From the NCBI GenBank assembly GCA_963705305.1, contig OY970067.1:2720001-2784000 (forward strand): a DNA stretch of 64,000 nt, written 5' to 3'. Source of the stretch: an uncultured Methylomirabilota bacterium (GTDB lineage Bacteria; Methylomirabilota; Methylomirabilia; Methylomirabilales; 2-02-FULL-66-22). Shown piece after piece: positions 51,226-61,088 of the stretch (within the stretch, counting starts at the first letter, position 1; each line of letters opens with the position of its first letter). The translations under genes and the position numbers were made by a program. The notes under the pieces were generated by a model that saw only the letters and a program-made list of their open reading frames with translations, did not search any database and was not told where the DNA came from.

Positions 51226-52779
51226 TCAGGCTCCGCCAGCCGCCCGAACGAAGATGGGGTTGCTCAGAATCTGGTGGGGCGTCGGCCCCCGGACCTGGAG
51301 GCGATAATAGAGATTCGTCCCCGGCGGGACCGGCCTCTCGGTGAAGCGGAGGCTGAGCGGCGTCTCCCCGCGGAGGGTCTGGACGACCTCCCCGGACCGG
51401 ATGACCAGAACCTCGACGGGCAGCCTTCCGGGGACGGCGGTCCCGATGGCGGCGCGCACCTCGGGCCGGTCTCCCGCGTTCACGGTGAGCCGCCCTCCCG
51501 CCTCGGCCGGCGGCTGCCCCGGGAGACCGACCTGGAACTGATCCAGGACCAACCCCTGCTCTTGGGTCCGCTGCAGTGCGTACATCCGGCCGGCTCGGAG
51601 CGCTGCCATCAGGGCCTGAGCATCCCTGGTTTCTGCCAGGAAGACGGTCTGGATGGTGCCGAAGTGCTTTCCAGCCTCCCCCTCCTGACTATAGGCGGCT
51701 TCCCCGATAGCCCAGGCAAGGGCGGCGCGCTGGCCCGCCAGATAGGCCATGAGGAGTTGGTCCCAGCCTGCACCGGGATCGGTGAAGGTCGTCGTGTCCT
51801 CGTAGATGCCGCCGAAGGCCGCGAAGCGGTCCGTGCGGAGCAGGTCGTCCGGGTAGGGATCGGTCCGGATGGTAGCCCGAAAGCCAGCCACGGTCATCTC
51901 GTGGTAGTCCTTGGCCTCCGGCAGCATCCACACCGCCAAGCCCCCGTGGGCGTTCACAAAGTCGATGACGGTCTGATGCGGGCGAAGCCCGGCGCCAGCG
52001 TCATACGGGGATCCGGGACCGTGCTGAAACGGAAAATTGTTGGCCAGCAGGAGGCCCGAGGCCGCGAGACACAGGATTCCGTAAAACGTGTAGCGTCGCT
52101 CGACGGAGGCCCGGAAATGCTGGAACCGAACGACGCGGCGCGTGCGGAGCCGCAACAGCCAGAGACCGGGGACCAGCAGCACAACGGGGGCGAGCAGCCA
52201 CAGGGACCCGATCCCCCACCGGGCAGCGCCGGGATTCCCCACGGCAGGGAGGTTCCGGTAGTCCTCGGCATGAAAAAGGCCAAGGGCCAGAATGTCCTTC
52301 TGGGCATCGTGCATGGTCAGCGTGCCGTCAAACAGGGAGCCGGTCCAGTAGTAATTCGGCATGACCTGAGCTCCAGGGATGAGCAGCACCTGCTGCTGGC
52401 GCGCGTTGATAACACGGATGGCCTGCAGGTACGCTTCGGGGCCGCGACTGAGGATGGAGGGGTAGTCCATGCGGTAGCGCAAGAGGTGACGCAGGGGAGG
52501 CAGGCCAAATTCGAACTGCTCGAGGAGGTTATCCGTCAGGAAGATCGCCTGGACACCGGCCTGCCGGGCCCGGTCCGCGATCTGGTCCAAAGTGTCATCT
52601 GCGCCGCACCAGGTGGAGTGCACGTGGATGACGGCGGGAACGAGCCGCAAAGGAGTGCCAGCCCGCGCCCTCGACGGCAGGACGAGGACCAGCGCAAGAC
52701 CGAGCCAAGCCAGGAGGGCGAAGACCGGAAAACTGCGGGGCGGCGCGCAGCGGCAGATGGGCCGATCATGAAGCGCCAT
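51226..52779 (-). CDS. Exported PHP-like domain protein with internal TM hairpin
   Basis: Signal peptide, VIHVHST, LTDN, two internal TM helices, C-terminal YYRL..ILSNPIFV. Confidence 0.75.
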   Translation of the reverse strand: MALHDRPICRCAPPRSFPVFALLAWLGLALVLVLPSRARAGTPLRLVPAVIHVHSTWCGADDTLDQIADRARQAGVQAIFLTDNLLEQFEFGLPPLRHLLRYRMDYPSILSRGPEAYLQAIRVINARQQQVLLIPGAQVMPNYYWTGSLFDGTLTMHDAQKDILALGLFHAEDYRNLPAVGNPGAARWGIGSLWLLAPVVLLVPGLWLLRLRTRRVVRFQHFRASVERRYTFYGILCLAASGLLLANNFPFQHGPGSPYDAGAGLRPHQTVIDFVNAHGGLAVWMLPEAKDYHEMTVAGFRATIRTDPYPDDLLRTDRFAAFGGIYEDTTTFTDPGAGWDQLLMAYLAGQRAALAWAIGEAAYSQEGEAGKHFGTIQTVFLAETRDAQALMAALRAGRMYALQRTQEQGLVLDQFQVGLPGQPPAEAGGRLTVNAGDRPEVRAAIGTAVPGRLPVEVLVIRSGEVVQTLRGETPLSLRFTERPVPPGTNLYYRLQVRGPTPHQILSNPIFVRAAGGA

Positions 52780-53899
52780 GCGACATCACCTCACGGTACA
52801 GGGCGGCGAGGGATTCAATCATGGCCTCTGCGCTGTATCGGGGGGCCCGCCGTCGGCCAGCTTCCCCCAGCTCCCGCGCCCGGGCCGGGTCGTGGAGCAA
52901 AGTGGTGATGGCCCCGGCCAAGGCCGCTGGGTCGGCGGGCGGGACGAGGAGCCCCGCCTCGCCCTCCCCCAGCAGCTCTGGCACGCCGCCAACCCGGGAT
53001 GCCACGATCGGCTTTCCCCGGGCCATGGCCATGACCAGCACTCGGCCCATCCCCTCGTTGAGAGATGGCAGCACGACCACGTCCATGCCGGCGATGAGCG
53101 ACGGCACGTCCTCCCGAAACCCCATGAAGAGGATGCGGTCCCCGAGGCCGTTCCGCCGGGCCTGCGCCTCCAGCTCTGGCCGCATTTCGCCGTCCCCGAC
53201 GATGACCAGGCGGGCCGTCGGGGCCGCCCGGAGGATATGCGGGGCCGCCTCCACGAGATGGTGGAATCCCTTGATCGGGGCCAGGCGTCCCACCGCACCG
53301 ATCAGCGGGCCCTCCGAGGCCGGACGGACGGGCAGAGCCGCCCGCACCGGCTCCAGGTCCACCCCGCTTGGAATCGTGACGAACTGCCCTAGTCGCCCGA
53401 TTCCCTGCCGCACGTGATCGCGCGCCTCCTCGTCGCTCAGGGTAATAATGCGATCCGTCCAGCGGGCCGTCAAGCGTTCCATGCGAATGAAGATCCGGGT
53501 GACCGGCCCCGAGAAGTACTCCACGAAGACGTGTCCGTGGGGGGTGTGGACGATGTGGGGGGTGCGGGCCAACCTGGCGGCGACGCGGCCGAGAAAGCCG
53601 GCCTTCGAAGAGTGCGTGTGCACGATATCCGGGCGGAGCGTCCGGATGGCCCGCCAGAGCTGGGAGAGCGCCGACAGATCCGCGAGGGGACGGACCGGCC
53701 GTTGAAGCGACGGGAGGGTCGTCCAGGCGACTCCCGCGGCCGCCAGATGGTCCGCCAGTCCGGGCGGCGGGTCGCTGGAGCGGCCCGAGATCAGGCCGCA
53801 GCGGAACTCCGAGGGCGGCATGCGGGTGGCGGAGATGACCGTGTTCTCCGTGGACCCCCCCACGTCCAGCCGGGTGATGATGTGGAGAACGCGGATCAT
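52766..53899 (-). CDS. Glycosyltransferase family 4
   Basis: LHIITRLDVGG, HTHSSKAG, PSLNEGMGRVLV. Confidence 0.92.
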   Translation of the reverse strand: MIRVLHIITRLDVGGSTENTVISATRMPPSEFRCGLISGRSSDPPPGLADHLAAAGVAWTTLPSLQRPVRPLADLSALSQLWRAIRTLRPDIVHTHSSKAGFLGRVAARLARTPHIVHTPHGHVFVEYFSGPVTRIFIRMERLTARWTDRIITLSDEEARDHVRQGIGRLGQFVTIPSGVDLEPVRAALPVRPASEGPLIGAVGRLAPIKGFHHLVEAAPHILRAAPTARLVIVGDGEMRPELEAQARRNGLGDRILFMGFREDVPSLIAGMDVVVLPSLNEGMGRVLVMAMARGKPIVASRVGGVPELLGEGEAGLLVPPADPAALAGAITTLLHDPARARELGEAGRRRAPRYSAEAMIESLAALYREVMSHGAS

Positions 53900-55053
53900 G
53901 GCTGCGAATTTCTCCCGATACGGGACATGCGGAAGAGTTCCACGGCGGCGCTACCGACCGCCTCGGCCGGAACGCCTTCCCACCATGCTCCGCCGGCGAC
54001 CGGGCCCGTCGGGGTAAAAATCCGGCAAGGCCCTTTTCCGCGAGGTCCAAACCTCCCCGAGTCGGCAGGACCGAAGGGGGCGACCAAGGGGGTGTGAAGG
54101 GCCGCGCCCATATGCATGGGCCCGCTGTCGTTGGTGACTAGGAGCGCCGCGCGCTCGAGGAGCGCGGCCAGAACGGGAAGCGAGGTCTCTCCAGCCAGCG
54201 AGATGGCCTTGGGGATGGCGTCGGCCAGCGATGCGCACAGCTCGCGGTCGCTGGGACCCCCGATGAGCAGGACCCGCGCCCCTTCCCCGGCAAGCCGCTG
54301 GCCGACCTCGGCAAAACGGTCCTGCGGCCAGCGGGCCTCGGGCCGGGCAGATCCCGCGTGCAGGCAGACAAGGCGGTCCCGGCCCGGAATGCCGTGGTCT
54401 TCCAGGAGGGAAGCACAGGCACGCCGGTCGTCGTCCCGCACCCAGAGCTCTGGAACGTCACAGACCCTGGGCGCCCCCAGGAGGCGCGCAACCGCCAGCT
54501 GGGCATCGACCTCATGCCCTTCTTCCCGGGATGCCAGATCGTAGAAGAATCCGCATCCGCGGCTCCAGCGTCCGGCCGTGCAGCGTGCGCCCATGAGCCG
54601 GAGAAAGGCGGCCATCCGCAGGGCTCCGCGCACGGTCTCAAGGCCATACAGGTTGATAGCCAAGTCGAATCGCTGGCGGCGCAGCTGCCAGAGCAGCCGC
54701 CACAACTCGCGGCTGCGCCGGCCCAAGGCCCATTTCAAGGCAGAGCGGGAGTGGCGGAGGTCGATAGCGAGGGCCGTGCTTACATAGGGGCACCGCTCCG
54801 CCAGGGGCTGCACCTCGGGAATGGTCAGGAGCCATATGTCGGACCGGGGGAATCGTTCCCGGATGGCCCGCAAGGCGACCGTGGAAAAGATGAAGTCCCC
54901 GAGGCCTGCCGCGATGACGACCAGGATCCGCTCCGGGGCAGCCACGGGCAGCCTGGGCGAATTCCCGCGGGACGGGGGGATACTGGATGCGGTTCGGCCC
55001 ATTGCAATGCACCACCCTGTGGGCGAGGCAGTTCCTGGAATGCGCGGGCTCAC
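53896..55053 (-). CDS. Glycosyltransferase family 9 (heptosyltransferase-like); start uncertain
   Basis: GLGDF, RWP..RF, TNDSGPMH, FGP. Confidence 0.88.
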   Translation of the reverse strand: MSPRIPGTASPTGWCIAMGRTASSIPPSRGNSPRLPVAAPERILVVIAAGLGDFIFSTVALRAIRERFPRSDIWLLTIPEVQPLAERCPYVSTALAIDLRHSRSALKWALGRRSRELWRLLWQLRRQRFDLAINLYGLETVRGALRMAAFLRLMGARCTAGRWSRGCGFFYDLASREEGHEVDAQLAVARLLGAPRVCDVPELWVRDDDRRACASLLEDHGIPGRDRLVCLHAGSARPEARWPQDRFAEVGQRLAGEGARVLLIGGPSDRELCASLADAIPKAISLAGETSLPVLAALLERAALLVTNDSGPMHMGAALHTPLVAPFGPADSGRFGPRGKGPCRIFTPTGPVAGGAWWEGVPAEAVGSAAVELFRMSRIGRNSQP

Positions 55054-55060
55054 CGATCGG

Positions 55061-56959
55061 CTATTCCAGCGTCCAGATCCTGTGTGAGTCGAGGTGCTCC
55101 TGCATCCACATTTCGAGCATCATCAACGCCCAGAGGCGGTCGCCGTGAGCCTGCCTGCCGGCCAGGTGCCCGCGCTTCAGCTCCTCGACGGCTTCGGGGG
55201 CGAACAGACCGCGGGCCCGGATCCGTTCCGGGGCCAGCAGCGTCTCCATGAGCTGGCGGAGGTCCGTTCGCAGCCAGCGGCCCAGGGGGATCATGAAGCC
55301 CTGTTTCCGGTGGGTCAAGATCTCCCGAGGCAGGACATCCGCGAAGGCCGCCTTGAGCAGCCCTTTCAGGCGGAGGCCAGGCATCTTGGTGCGTGGGGCG
55401 ATGCGCAGGCTCTCCTCCAGGAGGCGGTGGTCGCAGAACGGAGCCCGCAGCTCGAGCGAGCTGGCCATGCTCATCCGGTCGGCCATCACCAGCAGATCGT
55501 CGGGGAGGTAGGTGCTGAGGTCGATGCGGAATGCGCCATCCACGGGGTCCCCGAAACTGCGCGCGGCGAAGGCGGCCTGCTGCCTTGTTTCCGGGTCATC
55601 GCAGCAGCGGGCCCGCAGGGCGGGCGTGGACACGCGGGCCAGATTGGCCCTGCTGAAGAAGCGGGTCCAGCCGATGTAGCGGTCCGGCAGGGGATCCCGC
55701 GCCCCGCGAACGAACCGCCTGGTCCAGTCGGCCCAGTTGCGACTGGCCTCGCTCTGGGGGACGCCGCGCAGCAGGGCGGCCTCGGGCAGGGCGCGAAGCC
55801 AGAAGGGAATCCTGGCGTACCATTCCGAGAGACGGACCCCCAGATAGCGGGGGTACCCGGCAAACGCCTCGTCCCCCCCGATGCCGGACAGCGCCACCTT
55901 GACGTGGCGAGCGGTCGCCCGAGACACCAGGAAGGTGGGAACGGCCGAGGAGTCGGCAAAGGGCTCGCCGAGGTGGCGCACGATGGCCGGCAGCACCTCC
56001 AGGACCTTCGGCTCGATAATCTCCTCGTGGTGATCGGTCTCGAAGCGCCGCGCCACCAGCCGTGCCAGGGGCAGCTCGTCGAAGGAGGGTGCGGCGCTGC
56101 CGAAGCCGATGGAGAAGGTGGCGATCCGCTGGCCCGTGACCTCGCGCATGCTGGCCACCACCGCGCTGGAGTCGATGCCCCCGCTCAGGAAGACCCCCAG
56201 CGGGACGTCGCTTTCGAGGCGCAGCCGCACCGCCTCGCGGAGCGACTGGCGGATACGGCCGGCGGCCTCTCCGGCCGGCACGCGGGATGCGTCCCGGACG
56301 TGTGGAAGGCTCCAGTAGCGCTCGAGCCGCAGCTCGCCATCCGCCAGCGTTGCGACGTGTGCCGGCGGGAGCTTGGCGATGCCGGCGAAGATGGACCGGT
56401 CTTCCGGGGTGTAGCCGAACGCCAGGTAATGGTGGAGGGCCTGCCAGTCCAGGCGCCGCGAAACAGCCGGATGGCCAAGGAGCGGCCTGATCTCGGAGGC
56501 GAAAAGGCAGAGGTCGCCCTGCCGCCAGAGGTACAGCGGCTTCTTCCCGATCCGATCCCTGGCGAGGAAGAGGCGCCGCCGGCTCCGGTCCCAGATGGCG
56601 AAGGCGAACATCCCCCGGAGCTGCTCCACGCAGCCCGCGCCCGCCTCTTCGTAGAGATGGAGAATCACCTCGGTATCGCTGTGGGTCTGGAAGTGGTGGC
56701 CGGACCGCTCCAGAGCCGGGCGAAGCTCGCGGTGGTTGTAGATCTCTCCGTTGAAGACGATCCAGAGCGATCCGTCCTCGTTGGCCATGGGCTGGTGTCC
56801 GCCGGCCAGGTCGATGATTGCTAGGCGCGTCATGCCCAGGCCGGCCTCGGGCTCCGCATGGATGCCCGAATCGTCCGGCCCGCGATGGGACAGCTCGCGA
56901 AGCATGGCGGCCAGATGCTCCGGCGTGCTGGATCCGACGTACCCGGCGATTCCGCACAT
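55061..56959 (-). CDS. asnB: Asparagine synthase-like glutamine amidotransferase
   Basis: MCGIAG, HRGPD, FNGEIYN, FLSGGIDSS, DRMSM..ELRAPF. Confidence 0.95.
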   Translation of the reverse strand: MCGIAGYVGSSTPEHLAAMLRELSHRGPDDSGIHAEPEAGLGMTRLAIIDLAGGHQPMANEDGSLWIVFNGEIYNHRELRPALERSGHHFQTHSDTEVILHLYEEAGAGCVEQLRGMFAFAIWDRSRRRLFLARDRIGKKPLYLWRQGDLCLFASEIRPLLGHPAVSRRLDWQALHHYLAFGYTPEDRSIFAGIAKLPPAHVATLADGELRLERYWSLPHVRDASRVPAGEAAGRIRQSLREAVRLRLESDVPLGVFLSGGIDSSAVVASMREVTGQRIATFSIGFGSAAPSFDELPLARLVARRFETDHHEEIIEPKVLEVLPAIVRHLGEPFADSSAVPTFLVSRATARHVKVALSGIGGDEAFAGYPRYLGVRLSEWYARIPFWLRALPEAALLRGVPQSEASRNWADWTRRFVRGARDPLPDRYIGWTRFFSRANLARVSTPALRARCCDDPETRQQAAFAARSFGDPVDGAFRIDLSTYLPDDLLVMADRMSMASSLELRAPFCDHRLLEESLRIAPRTKMPGLRLKGLLKAAFADVLPREILTHRKQGFMIPLGRWLRTDLRQLMETLLAPERIRARGLFAPEAVEELKRGHLAGRQAHGDRLWALMMLEMWMQEHLDSHRIWTLE

Positions 56960-57294
56960 GGCCTATGCCGATTCCTGTATTGCGCCGAGGGCCTTGAGGC
57001 GGCTGTGGCGCGGGGCCGTGCTCTCGTCGAGTATGAGGCCTCGCATCATCATCCCACGGCCGCGTGGTTCTCCCCCGGAAGTCCTATCTCGTCCATCGAG
57101 TATGCCGCCCCCCTCCGTCGGGGGCACGGATGGTACGACCGTGCCCGCCGTTCCTGGCGTGATGCCGGTCAGGACACCATCCGAGGTGGGCACCCGTCCG
57201 AAGGGGCACAATGCTTTGCCTGATGGTCGACCTCGGCAGGGCATACCTGTGCGGCCAGGAAGACAATCGGGCGAGCTTGCATCTATCCTCGGAG

Positions 57295-57801
57295 TCATTT
57301 CAAAAGGGTCGCCTCTATAGTCAACGCCGGAAACACCCGCAGCGGGCTCTGCTCGTAGAGCGTGGGAAACCAGTTCGCGATCGGCTCCAAGAGATAATTC
57401 CAGATGGACAGTCGCTTGCCGAATACCAAGCGCACGCTGCATCTGGAAAATCGGAAGTCAAAATAGCCGCAGTCCCGGGCGTAGTAGAAGAATGTGGGGT
57501 AGGCAAAAAAGTGGTGGTGAGTCGGGTCGGCATAGGCCAGCTGCCAAGTAAAATGTGGCACGGATATGATGACCCTTCCACCCGGCTGAAGGATTCGATG
57601 GATCTCCTTCATAGCCTGGTTGTGATCCCTCAAGTGCTCCAGGCATTGCTGCATGCTCACCTCAGACACAGTGTCGGATTTGAATGGCCAGGGATATGTG
57701 TTGAGGTCGCACACGAGATCTACGTCTGGAGCCATGGGGTTCACATCCACATTCACGTGCCCCGGAAGTGGCTGCCCTCCCGATCCGAGATTCAGCTTCA
57801 T
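57295..57801 (-). CDS. Class I SAM-dependent methyltransferase
   Basis: KLNLGSG, LEHL, RILQPGG, DPTH. Confidence 0.88.
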   Translation of the reverse strand: MKLNLGSGGQPLPGHVNVDVNPMAPDVDLVCDLNTYPWPFKSDTVSEVSMQQCLEHLRDHNQAMKEIHRILQPGGRVIISVPHFTWQLAYADPTHHHFFAYPTFFYYARDCGYFDFRFSRCSVRLVFGKRLSIWNYLLEPIANWFPTLYEQSPLRVFPALTIEATLLK

Positions 57802-57937
57802 GACGTTTTCCTTCGGTCCTTCAACCTATTCCCTTGCGGTTCCCACCACGCCACATCAGCGGGGCACTTCTCGTGTGGCGGGGGGAGGGAGAGCAAACAG
57901 GCGGCCCACCCGAATCCGATTTTCCGGACGAGGAAGA

Positions 57938-58057
57938 GCCGAGGCCGGACTTTTTATGGAGTCCGGCGTCATCCGGCCCGCGGTGGGCCAGGGCACGGAA
58001 CCTCGTGGGGACCCCACGAGATGCCTCCAATCCTATGCAGCCAGTGATCCCACTCAA
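57938..58057 (-). pseudogene. Degraded 5' remnant of an asnB-like gene
   Basis: LSGITGCIG...LAHRGPDDAGLH....GLG aligns with MCGIAGYVG...LSHRGPDDSGIH....GLG. Confidence 0.7.
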
Positions 58058-58127
58058 CGTCCCGGTTCTCCCCTGCGTTCGGAGGGCAATCATCGACGAC
58101 GGCCGTTGCGACATCCCACTCCCCGCA

Positions 58128-59762
58128 TCACCAAAAGCGATAGATGAGAATCCACCGTCCAGCCCGATCCTCGACGATGTGAATCAGCTTCAGCCCTGGA
58201 AGGCGCTGCTGGCGTCCGGCTGCCAGGACCATCAGGTCCGGACGTGATTCCGGCAGGCGAAAGTTGTCCGCAATGAGGAAGCGTGCCCCAGCTTGTCGCC
58301 CCGCTGCGAACAGATTTTCCAGCGACCGATTTCCGAACATAATGTCGCGCGAATCGGCATAGTAGCTAAGCACTGGGTAGGACCCTATAAAGACGGTCCC
58401 GGGTCCCGCTGTCTGGCGCAGCCACAGCCCTGCAACCTTCTCGATAGCGTACGGATCCTGGCGGAACCAGGGCCGGGCGATCCAGGGAACAAAGCTGACC
58501 AGGGCTGCGATCAGCAACAAGAGGCTGGGCAGAGAGAGGCCGCGGGGAACAGGGGAACCCTCCCGGCGGCCGAGCCGGGCCAGGCCGATGCCGGCAATGA
58601 TACTCAGTACGGGAATCAGCGAGACGAAATATCGGGCCCCGACTAAGTACAAGAGGAAGCCGGCCAGGGGAAGCAGCACGGCTATTAAGAGCCACTCCGG
58701 GCGGGCGGGTGGAGGGCGAAACCGCAAATGCAGGAGGCCCAACACGACGAGCACGATGCCTCCGGATGTGAGGAGAGTTGTGAGCACATATTTGTCGATG
58801 AGGTGTAGATTAATGATCATGCGCCACAGAGTCGTCTCCGGCCGGGCCATCACGTATTCGGCCAGACTGTTCGGAACGTCGTTGCTCTGCAGCTCCACGA
58901 GGTGGCGTTCGCCGAAGCTCGCCTGTCGCTCGTCTCCGACGCTCTCAGCATAAAGCAGGGAGATTCCCGCCTTGCCGCTCCAGTGCCAGAGCCCGGTCTT
59001 CGTGTGAATCAGTGCCATGTAGGGATACAGGACGGCCATCCAACAGAACGTGAGGGTGGCGAGTCCGGTGACGACCGCCCGCCTCGTCCAGACTCTCCCG
59101 AAGCACAAGGGGGCCGAAATCAACAGGACCCACACGAGGAGCAGATAGGCCATCCCTTCCGGCCTCGCCAGTGTGGCAAGCGCTCCCAGGATGCCTGCGA
59201 AGCACATTGAAACCCAAGAACGTGTCCGGAGGCTGCGAGCAAGGAGGGCTAGGAAGAGCGTCAGACAGAGGCCGAACGTTGCCTCCGACAACACCTTGGT
59301 GCTGGCCTCAACTGCCGCCGGCGCAACAGCCACCAGGAGGCCAGCAGTCCAGGACACGGGCTCGTCCGTCGTCTCACGCGCCAGCCAGATGGTCGGCCAA
59401 ACCCAGAGGCCGCCCAAAACGGCGGATACGACCCGTCCCACCCATTCGGGGTCAGTCCACAGGTTGAGAAAGGGTGCAATCAACGCCGAGTAGAGTGGCG
59501 GGTGCAAGACATTGATCGCGCGCCAGTTCGTCCACAGCGCTCGGGCGTTTTCCAGATAGACGATCCCGTCTATCTCGATCCCCTCTCGTCGCGTTGCTAC
59601 GAGGATCCGGAGGCTGATCGCGAAGACGGATAGGGCGATTCCAGGAAGCACGATCCCACGGAATATCCCCGGGGTGTAGTTAACAACGCGGCCTCTCGCG
59701 ACCCCTGCACCTCCTCCTTCGTCTGAGGGTCCAGTACACCACGAAACGAGAGGCAGATTCAT
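58128..59762 (-). CDS. GT-C fold (ArnT/PMT/GT39-like) membrane glycosyltransferase
   Basis: IDGIVY, HPPLYS, LSE and LARPEG motifs; many TM helices. Confidence 0.85.
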   Translation of the reverse strand: MNLPLVSWCTGPSDEGGGAGVARGRVVNYTPGIFRGIVLPGIALSVFAISLRILVATRREGIEIDGIVYLENARALWTNWRAINVLHPPLYSALIAPFLNLWTDPEWVGRVVSAVLGGLWVWPTIWLARETTDEPVSWTAGLLVAVAPAAVEASTKVLSEATFGLCLTLFLALLARSLRTRSWVSMCFAGILGALATLARPEGMAYLLLVWVLLISAPLCFGRVWTRRAVVTGLATLTFCWMAVLYPYMALIHTKTGLWHWSGKAGISLLYAESVGDERQASFGERHLVELQSNDVPNSLAEYVMARPETTLWRMIINLHLIDKYVLTTLLTSGGIVLVVLGLLHLRFRPPPARPEWLLIAVLLPLAGFLLYLVGARYFVSLIPVLSIIAGIGLARLGRREGSPVPRGLSLPSLLLLIAALVSFVPWIARPWFRQDPYAIEKVAGLWLRQTAGPGTVFIGSYPVLSYYADSRDIMFGNRSLENLFAAGRQAGARFLIADNFRLPESRPDLMVLAAGRQQRLPGLKLIHIVEDRAGRWILIYRFW

Positions 59763-60037
59763 TCCTTTTCCTGTGAGGCCTGGAGGTGCCGGATGGGCGT
59801 CCAGACAAGGACGCCTGCATCGGGATCTCCCCAGTGAGTCGTTGGCAGCGGCCTCTGCGAATCCGAAACGGTGGACAGGAGGGCCGCGGCGCTGCTCGCC
59901 GGCCCAATGACGTTAGTGAATGCGACTTCGCCCTGCACCGGGAGGAGGAAACACGAAGACCTGTTCATAGCGCACTTACCAGTTGAAGGCGAGTGTGATA
60001 CGAGTGCCGCCAAGTGAAACCGGGAAGATCACTAACC

Positions 60038-61069
60038 TCATTTCGATGTGAGTGCGACAAGCTCCTCTCCGTGATGGTGACCCAGAGCGCAAAAGAGCCT
60101 CTCCCGGAAGGCAAACCAGTCTCTTCCAGGCTGAGGTGGAGGCGACTTTCCCTTGGTGATCACGCCTCGTTGGATCAGCCTGCTGGTATCGAAGGCCCCC
60201 GGGGCGAGACGTGCGGAGGTCTTGACCGTCACATGCGTGAACCCGCCCTTCCCCAAAAGGGCCCGCAGGTTCTCGCAGGCATACGTGTAAAGATGCCTGG
60301 GAGGGTCCAAGTGGAGCCAATGCCTGCCGAAGATCCAGTGCCCCAGGCTCCCCGCGTTCGGAGCATAGAGAACTAGGGTTCCACCGGTCTTCAGAATCCG
60401 ATGGCACTTTCGGATGACAGTAACCGGGTCATAGAAATGTTCGATCGCGTGATTCATGGTAATGTGGTCCACGGATTCCGCCGCAATGTCCGCGTCCTCG
60501 AAGGAAGCGGTCCGGACGTCGATACCTCTGCTGCTAGCGATCGCTGCCGATACAGGATCCATCTCGACCCCCAGAACCATCCATCCGAGCGCCTTCATGG
60601 CGACAAGGAAATCGCCGCGCCCGCAGCCGATGTCCAGGAGCAGTGCTTCCGGCCGGTAATGCGGAGCCAGTTCCTTCAGGTCGCTGGTGGCACGCAATCG
60701 GATGACGGGAATTCCACCCAGGAGCCTTCCCAGCCAGCAAAACCGGTGGCGCGAGTGAACAGCCCGATAACCGTAATACCCGCAGAAGATCATCTGCCTG
60801 AGCGCATCCCTCACGCTGCCTAGAAAACGAGCGTGCTCTTCCGTCGGCCTGTTGTCTCCTGGGAGAACATGGGTGTAATAGTCCTCGTAATATTCCTTCA
60901 TGTCTTCCCGCACCGGACGTGGCGAAAGCCAGATCAGCCCGCACTGCGGGCAGACCATTTCGCCGAAGCGCCCTTCGTGTCCAAAGAGCTGGTCCTCGAC
61001 CTGTGGGTAGAGGACCCGCCCCGGCATTGCGCACAGGAGACAACTTCCTACCGGTTCGGTCCGGACCAT
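60038..61069 (-). CDS. Class I SAM-dependent methyltransferase with N-terminal Zn ribbon
   Basis: CLLC/CPQCG, LLDIGCGRG, IEH, PRHL. Confidence 0.9.
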   Translation of the reverse strand: MVRTEPVGSCLLCAMPGRVLYPQVEDQLFGHEGRFGEMVCPQCGLIWLSPRPVREDMKEYYEDYYTHVLPGDNRPTEEHARFLGSVRDALRQMIFCGYYGYRAVHSRHRFCWLGRLLGGIPVIRLRATSDLKELAPHYRPEALLLDIGCGRGDFLVAMKALGWMVLGVEMDPVSAAIASSRGIDVRTASFEDADIAAESVDHITMNHAIEHFYDPVTVIRKCHRILKTGGTLVLYAPNAGSLGHWIFGRHWLHLDPPRHLYTYACENLRALLGKGGFTHVTVKTSARLAPGAFDTSRLIQRGVITKGKSPPPQPGRDWFAFRERLFCALGHHHGEELVALTSK

Positions 61070-61088
61070 CAGCGCCTACTCCGCAAGA

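Noticed and set aside
56963..57294. ORF or glycosyltransferase remnant upstream of asnB
   Set aside because: No recognisable motif in any frame.
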